Source of the DNA: the human T2T-CHM13v2.0 reference genome, Homo sapiens
Assembly (NCBI GenBank): GCA_009914755.4
Contig: CP068257.2
Coordinates: 33,792,001 to 33,856,000 of the forward strand
Length of the DNA: 64,000 nt
Direction: 5' to 3'
Positions 63,963 through 64,000 of the stretch are shown here, one piece after another. The position numbers and the translations under genes are program-made. Position 1 is the first letter of the stretch; each line of letters begins with the position of its first letter. Below the pieces are notes generated by a model, which worked only from the letters and a program-made list of their open reading frames with translations, had not been told where the DNA came from and made no database searches.

Positions 63963-64000
63963 ACTCTCCTAAAATAGAAGTATAGTATTAAGAAGAAAAT

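Overview
This window reads as human or other primate nuclear DNA. It is AT-rich, gene-poor and dominated by interspersed repeats. I can support these from the sequence:
- at least 20 Alu elements on both strands, several with intact A-tails and target-site duplications
- multiple 5'-truncated or fragmentary L1 elements, including a roughly 3 kb old L1 body at about 44.6-47.65 kb split by an Alu
- a full-length 2.37 kb MaLR (THE1/MST-type) element with both LTRs at 40715-43083
- several solo or tandem MaLR LTRs, an MLT1 LTR with a nested Alu, and an ERV-like provirus remnant (22-25.6 kb) with gag-like ORF remnants
- MIR fragments, a complete 80-bp MADE1 mariner MITE (a potential miR-548-type hairpin) and a deleted MADE1
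- many simple repeats: (CA)n, (GT)n, (GATA/GACA)n, (CATT)n, (CCT)n, (TA)n and long polypyrimidine mirror tracts

I could not support any protein-coding exon, rRNA, tRNA or CRISPR feature. Every sizeable ORF in the supplied track lies inside a transposon or low-complexity tract. I find no evidence of a novel biological system. The items most worth a second look are structural or regulatory oddities:
- an AT-rich quasi-palindrome (1668-1877)
- an 85-bp CpG/E-box cluster beside a truncated L1 (2490-2575)
- an LTR-like promoter module (5330-5790)
- a local duplication that preserves an Alu empty site (31526-32757)
- a post-insertion hairpin duplication inside one LTR of the full MaLR element (42871-42949)
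- a tandem LTR array (57232-58019)
- a CpG-retaining patch (49260-49950)
- the MADE1 hairpin (61179-61258)
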